A DNA stretch of 64,000 bases, from NCBI GenBank assembly GCA_022451235.1, contig JAKUOA010000001.1:40401-104400 (forward strand), written 5' to 3'. Source of the DNA: Candidatus Thalassarchaeum sp. GTDB lineage: Archaea; Thermoplasmatota; Poseidoniia; Poseidoniales; Thalassarchaeaceae. A program made the position numbers and the translations under genes. Of this stretch, positions 7,451 through 16,343 are shown piece after piece; positions within the stretch are counted from its first letter, which is position 1; each line of letters opens with the position of its first letter. The notes under the pieces are model-generated. The model had not been told where the DNA came from and searched no databases. It saw only the letters and a program-made list of their open reading frames with translations.

Positions 7451-10234
7451 ATGTCAAAAGATGAAAATGAGGATGAGATGGTCGGTTACCGACAACAGCC
7501 GGGTAAGCTGCCTTTTGCCAAACCAGGTTCTGGAGGGAAAGACCGATTCTCTCGTCCCACAGACCAAGAGATGATTCCGGAATCTCAAGGTGGAGAATTA
7601 GCCCAACCATGGGGTTCGCATCGTCATGACAATTTAGTAAGTGGACAAGTTATTGGTAAGGCAACCGCATTGGTAGATGGGAGATGGAAGGTAACAGGTC
7701 AGGCTCAGTATGGGGATGATATCAGATTACCCGGAGAACTAATTGGAAGAATTATTCGCTCGCCGCACCATTATGCACGGGTACTTTCTGTCGATTTTTC
7801 AAAGGCACTTGAAGTTCCTGGAGTTGTCGCAATTGCAACTGGCGCTGATGCAGAAAACAAGTTCGGGGTTTTGCCGGTAACTAAAGATGAACATGCAATG
7901 GCTGTGGAAAAAGTCCGCCACGTAGGTGATCTTGTCGCATGTGTTGCAGCAGAAGATGAGGCGACTGCGCGTGAAGCCGAACGTTTAATCGAAGTCGAAT
8001 ACGAAATCTTGGATTCAATTCACGACATGCGTGATGGTTTGCAAGATAGTGATCTTCCTATTCACGACAGAGGTAAGTATCACATCGGTGAAGCTAATGT
8101 TCAGAAGCGTGTTTTCCAGGAATTTGGCGATGTTGATGGTATTGAAGAAAATGCAATTGCGAGTCACAAGGAAAACTGGTTATTCGCTGGAGTCAATCAT
8201 GCTGCAACAGAACCTCATGCTGTGGTTGCAAATTGGGACCCAGCCGGTAGATTGACCCTCTACACACCCCAACAGGTCCCTCATTATGTACATCGAGCCC
8301 TAGCTGATGTACTAGAAATCCCCATGCATCAAATCAACGTTCACAGAACATTTGTTGGTGGAGGGTTTGGGGGCAAATCAGATCCATTCCCTCACGAGAT
8401 GTGCTCTGCGATTTTAGCAAGAAAGTCCGGTAGACCAGTTAGGATTACATTCGACCGTGAGGAAGTATACTGGATCAATCGTGGCCGCCATCCTTCTAGA
8501 ATCGAAATGAATCTACATGCAGATAGCCAAGGTCGTATTTGTGGAATAGAAACAGACGCACTAATTGACGGCGGTGGTTTTGCCTCATTCGGGCATGTAA
8601 CCACTTACTACAACGGAGTTCTGCACACAGCACCCTATGAAATTGGAGCATTCCATTACACCGGCGCCAGGGTATGGACGAATAAACCAGCTAGCGGAGC
8701 TATGCGTGGACACGGGGCAGTGAATTCTCGCTGTGCGGTAGAAACTGGATTGGATGACTTAGCGGAGAAACTATCGGTTGACCCAATAGACCTCAGACTA
8801 GCCAATTTACTACCTCCTCATTCCGCTACAATTACTGGATTCAGGGTAACCAGTATCGGAATGCGTGAATGTTTAGAACGTGTGAAAAAAGAAAGCGGTT
8901 GGGATGAAAAATTCCGAAAGATGCCTTTGGGTAAAGGGATTGGAATAGGCTGTGGATTCTTTATCTCTGGTTCTGGATTACCTATTCATTGGGACCCGAA
9001 TAAATTCCCACATGCAACAGTCCATCTGAAAATCGATATGGATGGTGGAGTTACTGTTCACACTGGTGCTGCTGAAATCGGGCAAGGTTCTGACACCGTT
9101 GTTGCACAGTCTGTAGCAGAGGTCTTGGGTCTACCTCTAGACTTGATTAGAATTAGGTCAAAGGAATCGGACACTTCGCCGGTCGACTTAGGTTCATATT
9201 CGTCCAGAGTGACATTCATGAATGCAAATGCTGCGATTTCTGCCGCAATGCAAATTCGCGACGAATTACTTGATGCTACAGCTGAAATTACCGGTGCGAA
9301 GCGAGAAAAGTTAGTCATTGGTGACCGTCGAATATTTGCCAAAAATGACCCTGCAGTTGGAGTCTCATACCTCGAAGCTCTGCACAAAGCACAAGAAGAC
9401 CGAGGAGCACTTGTCGCATCAGGAGCATACAGAACCCCTCCAATGGGCCGTACTCACAAGGGTGCAGCCGCCGGATTGGCCCCTGCATATTCATTCTCAG
9501 CCTATGTTGCTGAAGTTTCTGTAGACGTTGAAACTGGCCAAACAAAAGTCGAGAAAGTATGGGCGGCCCATGATTGTGGTAAAGCACTGAATCCATTAGC
9601 AGTCAAAGGACAGATAATCGGCTCTTGCCATATGGGGATGGGTCAGGTTTTGAGTGAGGAAATGAAATATGGCAGGAGTGGTCACCTGATGAATCCAGAT
9701 TTACTAGATTACAAGATTCCAAGTGTTCACGAAATGCCCGAAGTTGTTCCAATTATAGTCGAATCTAATGACCCTGAAGGTCCATTCGGAGCAAAGGAAG
9801 CAGGAGAAGGGCCACTTCTCCCTATACTACCCGCTGTTTGTAACGCGGTTTACGATGCAGTAGGAGTTAGGACCGCGGAATTACCAATTACTCCTGAAAG
9901 ATTACTGAGAATTATTGAAAGAAAATGTAAGGCTGAAGGTGTAGATGACCCAATAAAATTACCAAGCCCACGACTTGAGTACTCTGAGCTACAAGCAGTG
10001 CTATCGAAGAGAGCAGAAGAACATGCAAAGCGCGATCTAGAACGACGCTTGAATGATAATAGACAACCATACCACAATGGAGCATTGTTCGGATTAGACC
10101 CCACAACTCCTCCTGATGAAGTGGATCAAAAATGGGCAGTCAATGTAATTCCCTCTGAAGAATATCTGTCTGATCCTCGTTTAGCTGGTAGTGCTTGGAA
10201 GCATACAGAAAGAAGACACAGGGGTGATTCTTGA
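7451..10234 (+). CDS. Molybdenum hydroxylase large (molybdopterin-binding) subunit with N- and C-terminal extensions
   Basis: a/b-hammerhead region (GKATALVDGRWKVTGQAQYGDD), GGGFGGK motif, active-site loop ASGAMRGHGAVN and C-terminal GAKEAGEGPLLP. Lacks the form I CO dehydrogenase AYxCSFR loop. Confidence 0.92.
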   Translation: MSKDENEDEMVGYRQQPGKLPFAKPGSGGKDRFSRPTDQEMIPESQGGELAQPWGSHRHDNLVSGQVIGKATALVDGRWKVTGQAQYGDDIRLPGELIGRIIRSPHHYARVLSVDFSKALEVPGVVAIATGADAENKFGVLPVTKDEHAMAVEKVRHVGDLVACVAAEDEATAREAERLIEVEYEILDSIHDMRDGLQDSDLPIHDRGKYHIGEANVQKRVFQEFGDVDGIEENAIASHKENWLFAGVNHAATEPHAVVANWDPAGRLTLYTPQQVPHYVHRALADVLEIPMHQINVHRTFVGGGFGGKSDPFPHEMCSAILARKSGRPVRITFDREEVYWINRGRHPSRIEMNLHADSQGRICGIETDALIDGGGFASFGHVTTYYNGVLHTAPYEIGAFHYTGARVWTNKPASGAMRGHGAVNSRCAVETGLDDLAEKLSVDPIDLRLANLLPPHSATITGFRVTSIGMRECLERVKKESGWDEKFRKMPLGKGIGIGCGFFISGSGLPIHWDPNKFPHATVHLKIDMDGGVTVHTGAAEIGQGSDTVVAQSVAEVLGLPLDLIRIRSKESDTSPVDLGSYSSRVTFMNANAAISAAMQIRDELLDATAEITGAKREKLVIGDRRIFAKNDPAVGVSYLEALHKAQEDRGALVASGAYRTPPMGRTHKGAAAGLAPAYSFSAYVAEVSVDVETGQTKVEKVWAAHDCGKALNPLAVKGQIIGSCHMGMGQVLSEEMKYGRSGHLMNPDLLDYKIPSVHEMPEVVPIIVESNDPEGPFGAKEAGEGPLLPILPAVCNAVYDAVGVRTAELPITPERLLRIIERKCKAEGVDDPIKLPSPRLEYSELQAVLSKRAEEHAKRDLERRLNDNRQPYHNGALFGLDPTTPPDEVDQKWAVNVIPSEEYLSDPRLAGSAWKHTERRHRGDS

Positions 10235-11223
10235 TGCGTATGCCTCCATTCCAATTACACACTCCAACCAGTTTGGATGAGGCAATTTCCATTTCTGAAG
10301 AGTTGGTATCCGAAAATCAAGAATTTGACTGGGTGGCTGGGGGAACTGACTTGCTTCCAAATTATAAATGGCACCTCAACGTCAAACCTAACGTGATTTC
10401 TCTTGCAAAGATAAGTGAATTAACAGAACTCAATGAGACTCATATTGGAGCCATGGTCAGGCTTCATGACCTAGTTCAATCAAGCGCTACACACCCAGTT
10501 CTTGCCAAAGCGGCTGATACGATTGCCAGTGTTATGGTCAGACGTTCTGGAACGGTGGGGGGTAATATTTGCCTTGATACTCGATGTTATTGGTTCAATC
10601 AAACCGAACAATGGAGAGAATCCATCGATTGGTGTCACAAATGTGATTGTGGAACAGAAGCAGATTGTAGAGTGATTCCAAATCAAAATACACTCTGTGT
10701 GGCTACCTATCAAGCAGATCTCGCCCCAGTTCTAATGTGTCTCGGAGCAGTAATACACCTCGCTGGATCAAACGGTATCCGCTCGATGCCGCTTAGCGAA
10801 TTTTTCCAACTTGATGGAATGACTCGTAATGTACTCCAACCCGGAGAATTAGTCACACACCTCACACTTCCAGAAGATGTTGCTGAATGGCATGGAGATT
10901 ACCAGAAATTACGGCAACGTGAATCTTGGGATTTCCCAGAGGCTGGAGTCGCCGCTGTTTGGAAGAAAAATGGAACCACAAAACCAACCGAACTCAAGGT
11001 GGCAACAACTGGACTGGAATCTATTCCAATGCTTCATACAAAAGAGGTTGACTCCTGCCTAAATGGTTGGTCCGGTGCAGAATCAATTAACGAGTTAGCC
11101 GAATCTATTAGAAAATCTGTGAAGCCCGTTCAAAACACATGGTTCTCACCTTCCTACAGAAGAAAAATGGTGAAGGTGTTAACACGGCGAGCTTGCGCCG
11201 GATTGGTGGAGGGAGACTCTTGA
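10234..11223 (+). CDS. Molybdenum hydroxylase medium (FAD-binding) subunit with a Cys-rich insertion
   Basis: FAD_binding_5 motifs (VAGGTDLLP, RRSGTVGGNIC) and a CO-dehydrogenase-flavoprotein C-terminal domain. ATG 10234 overlaps the upstream TGA by 1 nt (the ORF opens at TTG 10231). Seven Cys lie within about 45 residues (see finding). Confidence 0.88.
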   Translation: MRMPPFQLHTPTSLDEAISISEELVSENQEFDWVAGGTDLLPNYKWHLNVKPNVISLAKISELTELNETHIGAMVRLHDLVQSSATHPVLAKAADTIASVMVRRSGTVGGNICLDTRCYWFNQTEQWRESIDWCHKCDCGTEADCRVIPNQNTLCVATYQADLAPVLMCLGAVIHLAGSNGIRSMPLSEFFQLDGMTRNVLQPGELVTHLTLPEDVAEWHGDYQKLRQRESWDFPEAGVAAVWKKNGTTKPTELKVATTGLESIPMLHTKEVDSCLNGWSGAESINELAESIRKSVKPVQNTWFSPSYRRKMVKVLTRRACAGLVEGDS

Positions 11224-12161
11224 GGCGAGAGATTTTACCGATTTTCCTCATCACAGCAATGATAATTGCAATAATCCCAAACTCCATGGCTCAACCGGAA
11301 CCATCTCTAGGAAATTGGGAATTGGGAATAGAATATCCAGATGAAGATGAAAGCAACCCATTCATAGTCTCTGAAGCAGGCATGGCTTCGATTACGATGT
11401 TTGTCGATAACCAAGGTCTTCTTTCGGTAAAAGTCGCTTTTGAGTATGATTTCCCATTTGAAGCGGAAGTTATGGGTGCACCTGAAGACGCAACCATAGA
11501 GCCAGGAAATAACGACTCATTCACGATTATGATTCGTGGTATCGATGTCTACCAAATAGATGCTGGAAAGAAGGAAAGCTTCTCAATTACAGCGAATTTA
11601 GAAGAGAGGAATGGAATGCCAGTATTTATTCCTGAAAGTCAAGAAAAGATTGGAGACCTTGAAATCCCAGAAATTTTCATGCTAAATGTTGAGATTGCTG
11701 ACCCGGTTGGGCCGATGAACTCGGGAACTGATACAATACTCAAAGTCACTGTAACAAACGATGGGAATTCTAGAGACAAAGTTCGCGAGTTAGAAGTTAC
11801 TGACGATTGTCCATTGATGACCACTGACTCCGGGCTTGATGCATTACTAACAAGAAACATAGAGAAAGGAGGAAGTACTACCGCAGACCTCAAAGTAACA
11901 GCATCGGAAAGTCATCCACAAAGAAATTGTCGCGTTGAGGTGACGGTTGCATCCGATGGTGCAGATGGAAGCCAGCTCTCAACTGACTTTACACGAATAA
12001 CCGTTGAACAACCACCAACAAATACCCAAGACCCCGATGATCCTGATGATCCAGAAGACCCTGTAGAAGTGGTCACATCAAATCTCCCAGCACCCGGAAT
12101 AATCGTGATACTTAGTTCGTTAATTGGCGCCTTATTTTTGAACCCTGAAAGAAGACAATAA
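11220..12161 (+). CDS. Secreted and anchored surface protein, beta-rich (CARDB-like?), with an acidic Pro/Asp linker and C-terminal TM
   Basis: TTG 11220 overlaps the stop of the FAD subunit. The signal-like N-terminus is LRREILPIFLITAMIIAIIPNSMAQP. CARDB-like strings such as VTVTNDGNSRDKV are present. The C-terminus is QDPDDPDDPEDP followed by LPAPGIIVILSSLIGALFL, resembling a PGF-CTERM variant. The domain name is tentative. Confidence 0.6.
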   Translation: MRREILPIFLITAMIIAIIPNSMAQPEPSLGNWELGIEYPDEDESNPFIVSEAGMASITMFVDNQGLLSVKVAFEYDFPFEAEVMGAPEDATIEPGNNDSFTIMIRGIDVYQIDAGKKESFSITANLEERNGMPVFIPESQEKIGDLEIPEIFMLNVEIADPVGPMNSGTDTILKVTVTNDGNSRDKVRELEVTDDCPLMTTDSGLDALLTRNIEKGGSTTADLKVTASESHPQRNCRVEVTVASDGADGSQLSTDFTRITVEQPPTNTQDPDDPDDPEDPVEVVTSNLPAPGIIVILSSLIGALFLNPERRQ

Positions 12162-12166
12162 TTGGG

Positions 12167-12173
12167 TTTTTTT
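12167..12173 (+). terminator. Oligo-T tract (T7), archaeal-type terminator candidate
   Basis: TTTTTTT begins 6 nt after the TAA stop at 12159-12161 and is followed by a 190-nt non-coding gap. Confidence 0.4.
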
Positions 12174-12352
12174 ATTCTAATTTGAATTCCTAAATCAATA
12201 CACTGAGATGGTGCAATATGCATATCGGACCGTGGGTAATTCCCCCAATTGTGGTGCCCTGTAATCAACAACATATATCTGTGAAATGAGGCTCGCGTGG
12301 AAGCGTAGGTGTCCCTAGCCTAGGCTAAATCTTTGAATGGAATGGAATTTAC

Positions 12353-13954
12353 ATGGCTGAAGATAAATCAGAAGAGGAAAATTTCACCAGAATGGTGGTT
12401 GGCTCTTTAGCCATCACAATGGTACTTCTTTTGATTCTCCCCATGATTTTCGTTGCAGGAAAAGCAACCTACTATTCTGCCTACACAGAAGGTGAAGGAG
12501 GAGAGATTAGTTCTCTCGCCCAAGTCACTGACATGAGAGAAACAATGGCTACTGATGAAGGCTATTTTATTGCAAACACAATGTCTACTCCAATGTTGGT
12601 AAATGATTGGAGAGATCCTCATCGAACGGCATTGATGATAATTGGACCAGAGAAGCCAATTGCTGAAACTGAAGCTGATGCGATTTACGACTTTGTAACC
12701 AACAGAGGAGGTAAAGTAATCGTCGCCGCTGATGGAACAAATGCAAATCGATTGGCTGAGAAATTTGGTATAACTTTCTTTGATTCCCCTCTAAATGATG
12801 AGAATCAGTTTTGGATGGAATATGAAGATGGGCAACCAACCGACGGATCCTGGCTAAACGTATGGGGCCTTGCAGCTGTTTCAGAAGATGTCAACGATAT
12901 GCCAAGTTCTTACCTAAGGCAAGGATGCGTTGATACAGACGTCTTACAAGAAAATCGACTAAATTGTAGGCTTCCGGTCATGTTCCGTTCCCCCACTGGA
13001 ATGAAATTCGAGCCTCTACCAGAAGATGACCCGAGCCAAGTAACAGAGAATCAAAGGCAAGTAAAAATCCTGGCTACCGCTTCTCCATCTGCATTTATCG
13101 ATGTACAGGGGAACGGTCTTGCAGACGACCAGAGAAATCCAGCACCTGGTGATCTAGCCTTAATCGTCAGAATCGACTATCCCGGAATTACTACCTTCGA
13201 CAAGGTTAGCGCTGGTTCTGGAGGATTGGTTGGAGGAAATACCAGAGAACTGCAGGTTACAGGCAGCATTGTATTTGTGTCCGATGAAGAAGCTTTCTCA
13301 AACCGATTGTGGAGTCTCGATGTGGCGATAGAAAACGACATGAGTTCTTCCTGCGAACAGCAAGCTAACAACTGCTGGTTAAACACAGTCAGAGAAACAT
13401 ATTGGCAAGGTAACGAAGAATACTTTTCGCTTCTTATTGACGACATGATGGAACATGATAACAAGAAGATGGCTAAATCTATTCGTGACGATAAAAGCCA
13501 ATTCCAGGTTGTCTTTGACGAAAGCCGACACGTTACCGGAATCATATCTGCTCCATTCGTGGAAACCATGGGGACGGTTGTACTCCTGACTTCCAATACA
13601 TTCCTCAAGTGGCTGGTGGTTCTGAATGTTGGATTACTATTGCTTGTTGCGATGATGGTAGTTCCTGAAAAAGAAAACTGGCGCCATATTTTCGATCTTA
13701 CACGATTCAAAGAAAGGCCGAATAAATTAGATCCTGGCTCCTATCGGGAAAGGGTGCAAAAAGCACTATTCACGAAAGTTAGAGTTCATCACGACCTAAC
13801 TAGAGATCAGATGGCAATTAAACCGCCAGCCGAGGTTCAGACGATGATTGGCGATCCAAGACTCGTTGAACTGGCATATAGCCAGAGCAGAAAATACACT
13901 CCCCAAGAATTACGCCAACTAATGGTGGCGATAAGACGATGGGGTAAAAACTGA
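12353..13954 (+). CDS. Membrane protein, DUF4350/GldG-like, commonly partnered with MoxR-DUF58
   Basis: An N-terminal TM and a second TM near residue 400. The motif ALMIIGPEKPIAETEADAIYDFVTNRGGKVIVAADG resembles DUF4350. Sits directly upstream of moxR. The family call is from memory. Confidence 0.5.
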   Translation: MAEDKSEEENFTRMVVGSLAITMVLLLILPMIFVAGKATYYSAYTEGEGGEISSLAQVTDMRETMATDEGYFIANTMSTPMLVNDWRDPHRTALMIIGPEKPIAETEADAIYDFVTNRGGKVIVAADGTNANRLAEKFGITFFDSPLNDENQFWMEYEDGQPTDGSWLNVWGLAAVSEDVNDMPSSYLRQGCVDTDVLQENRLNCRLPVMFRSPTGMKFEPLPEDDPSQVTENQRQVKILATASPSAFIDVQGNGLADDQRNPAPGDLALIVRIDYPGITTFDKVSAGSGGLVGGNTRELQVTGSIVFVSDEEAFSNRLWSLDVAIENDMSSSCEQQANNCWLNTVRETYWQGNEEYFSLLIDDMMEHDNKKMAKSIRDDKSQFQVVFDESRHVTGIISAPFVETMGTVVLLTSNTFLKWLVVLNVGLLLLVAMMVVPEKENWRHIFDLTRFKERPNKLDPGSYRERVQKALFTKVRVHHDLTRDQMAIKPPAEVQTMIGDPRLVELAYSQSRKYTPQELRQLMVAIRRWGKN

Positions 13955-13980
13955 AACAAACAGAAAATGGAGAGAGAAAA

Positions 13981-14988
13981 ATGACTGAAGAAAAAGCTGC
14001 AACCAAAAAGAAGCCTAAGGGCGGCTCAAAAAAGATGAGTGATAAACTCGAAGCCGTCGGTGCAATCGGACAAGCGATTGCCACCGAGGTGCAGAAAGTA
14101 ATCATTGGAAAGAGCCATGTTATCGACAATGTGTTGGTTAACATCCTGTCCAATGGTAACCTCTTGTTCGAGGATTACCCTGGACTTGCAAAGACCCTGA
14201 TGACGAATACGTTCGCCGATGCACTCGGCTGTGATTTCAAGCGTGTACAATTTACACCTGATCTTCTACCAGCCGACATCACAGGAACGAACATCTACGA
14301 TGCAAAGAAAGGAGAGTTCTCCTTCAAGCCGGGACCGATTTTCTGTAACCTACTATTGTCTGACGAGATTAACCGTGCGCCTCCAAAGACGCAAGCGGCG
14401 CTTCTAGAAGCGATGCAAGAAAAGCAGGTTACTATCGGAACTGTAACTCACAAACTTCCAGCACCGTTCCTAACAATGGCGACACAAAATCCAGTGGAAC
14501 AGGAAGGAACTTACCCTCTACCAGAGGCTCAACTTGACCGATTTATGTTCAAGATGAGTGTTGGGTACCCAGACCGTGCAGACGAGGATGAAATTCTCGC
14601 ACGACGTATTGCTCGAAAGAAGGACGATGTAGAAGTAGAGACAATTACCGATCCTGCTCGTGTGGTTGCTATGCAGACTGCAATTGAAGATGTCTTTGTC
14701 GACCCTGCAGTTCGAATGTACATGGTTGAGATTGTATCTCGAACCCGTGAAGACCCAAGAGTTCTCGTCGGTTCATCACCACGTGGTTCACAGGCTCTTC
14801 TGAAGACAAGTCGGTCCGCTGCTGCTATGCGTGGACGTGACTTTGTTACACCTGATGACGTGAAGTCGGTTGCAACCCTCGCGGTAGCTCACCGATTAAT
14901 CCTCAAACCTGAGCACCAGATTAAGGGTCTCGAGACTGATGAAGTAATCTCGGACATCCTACGTCAGGTACCTGTACCAACAGTTTGA
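13981..14988 (+). CDS. MoxR-family AAA+ ATPase
   Basis: Walker A-like LLFEDYPGLAKT, Walker B/sensor LLSDEINRAPPKTQAALLEAMQE, QNPVEQEGTYPLPEAQLDRF, and a typical MoxR C-terminal lid. Confidence 0.93.
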   Translation: MTEEKAATKKKPKGGSKKMSDKLEAVGAIGQAIATEVQKVIIGKSHVIDNVLVNILSNGNLLFEDYPGLAKTLMTNTFADALGCDFKRVQFTPDLLPADITGTNIYDAKKGEFSFKPGPIFCNLLLSDEINRAPPKTQAALLEAMQEKQVTIGTVTHKLPAPFLTMATQNPVEQEGTYPLPEAQLDRFMFKMSVGYPDRADEDEILARRIARKKDDVEVETITDPARVVAMQTAIEDVFVDPAVRMYMVEIVSRTREDPRVLVGSSPRGSQALLKTSRSAAAMRGRDFVTPDDVKSVATLAVAHRLILKPEHQIKGLETDEVISDILRQVPVPTV

Positions 14989-15026
14989 GGACATTGATTA
15001 AATTTAGCAAAAGGAGGTGTTAGCCG

Positions 15027-16343
15027 ATGGCATGGAGCAGAAAATCAGCCATGTTTGCCGCTCTTGCGGTAGCCATGTATCTGCTCGGATTAGTGTTGAG
15101 AAATCAGCAACTGGTCACGGTCGCCGTTGTGCTACTATCTTTCCTTACCTATGCTGCATTCCGAACAACCCATGCCGACGTTGCTTCTAGTGGACGTCGC
15201 TTGGATGATGCAGACGCTGATTCAGGAGTTGCTCTTCAGTCAATTGTCGCAATGCGAAAACTATCCTCTGCGAGAGTTTTCGAGGACGGTGAAATTGATG
15301 TTATCCTTAGGATTCAGAACCGATCTACTCTCTCCAAGGTTCTAGAGGTCCGAGACAGAGTCCCTGAAGTTATGCGAATAAAGAAAGGAGCAAATTATGT
15401 TCTGATGGAATTAGGTGGAAGGAAAGAAACTGAAATCTCCTATACAATTGAGGCCCCTCTAAGAGGATTCTATACAATTGGTCCCGTTTGTGTCAGAGTA
15501 CAGGATGCCTTCGGATTATTCCACAATGAAAGGGAAATTCAACTCTACGACGATTTCCTTGTATTCCCCAAGATGGAAGATATCAAGGATGCGTTGATCA
15601 AGAGTAGAGTTCCAAAAATCTTCACAGGTGCCGTGAATATTCGTAACCCTGGTGAAGGTACGAATTTCTACAACTTGCGCGAGTACATCCCAGGAGATCC
15701 AATGAAGAAGGTAAACTGGAAGGCTTGGGCTAGGTCTGGAAAGATGATGGTAAACGAGTTTGAACGTGACGCGGTTAGCGACATAATTCTAATCATCGAT
15801 AGTCGATCTGTATCTGAAACTGGTCCAGTAAGTCGGAATTCCTTGGTATACAGTACAAGAGCTGCTGCAAGCCTTGCACAGTATTTCTTGTCTCGAAGAG
15901 ACTCAGTTGGTTTGGTGACTTATGGTGACGAAATCGTATCAGTTGACCGAGATACTGGGAAGAAACAATTGTACGTTATTTTGACTAAGTTAGCCGGCGC
16001 CATGGCAAAGGGCAACACACCTCTGAAAGTGGTGACAAATCGTATTCTTCCTCACATCAATCGTGGAAGCCCAATTATTATTCTAAGTCCATTAGAAGAT
16101 GATCCAACTGTAATTGACGCAGTAAGAGACCTCAGAGCTAGGAACTTCGACGTAACCATACTATCTCCGTCTAGCCTTGAATTCGAGTTCGACGCCAGAA
16201 GACTTGATCGTACTGGATATGAAGTTCTCAAGACTGAGCGAGATATCCTAATCAGTGAATTACGTGGATTAGGTGCTAATGTTATGGATTGGGAACCAGA
16301 CATGATGCTCGTAACTGCATTAGCCGGAGCAAGAGGATTCTAG
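15027..16343 (+). CDS. DUF58 (vWA-like) protein, MoxR partner
   Basis: The DUF58 signature REYIPGDPMKKVNWKAWARSGKMMVNEFE is present, with two N-terminal TM helices. A strong SD-like AAGGAGGTG lies 7 nt upstream of the ATG. Confidence 0.88.
   Translation: MAWSRKSAMFAALAVAMYLLGLVLRNQQLVTVAVVLLSFLTYAAFRTTHADVASSGRRLDDADADSGVALQSIVAMRKLSSARVFEDGEIDVILRIQNRSTLSKVLEVRDRVPEVMRIKKGANYVLMELGGRKETEISYTIEAPLRGFYTIGPVCVRVQDAFGLFHNEREIQLYDDFLVFPKMEDIKDALIKSRVPKIFTGAVNIRNPGEGTNFYNLREYIPGDPMKKVNWKAWARSGKMMVNEFERDAVSDIILIIDSRSVSETGPVSRNSLVYSTRAAASLAQYFLSRRDSVGLVTYGDEIVSVDRDTGKKQLYVILTKLAGAMAKGNTPLKVVTNRILPHINRGSPIIILSPLEDDPTVIDAVRDLRARNFDVTILSPSSLEFEFDARRLDRTGYEVLKTERDILISELRGLGANVMDWEPDMMLVTALAGARGF

Noticed and set aside
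7451-10234. Possible aerobic carbon monoxide dehydrogenase (CoxSLM), given the S/L/M subunit set and the xdhC/coxF-like gene.
   Set aside because: The large subunit active-site loop reads GAMRGHG. It is neither the form I CODH AYxCSFR nor the form II AYRGAGR signature. I therefore kept the generic call of xanthine dehydrogenase family molybdenum hydroxylase.
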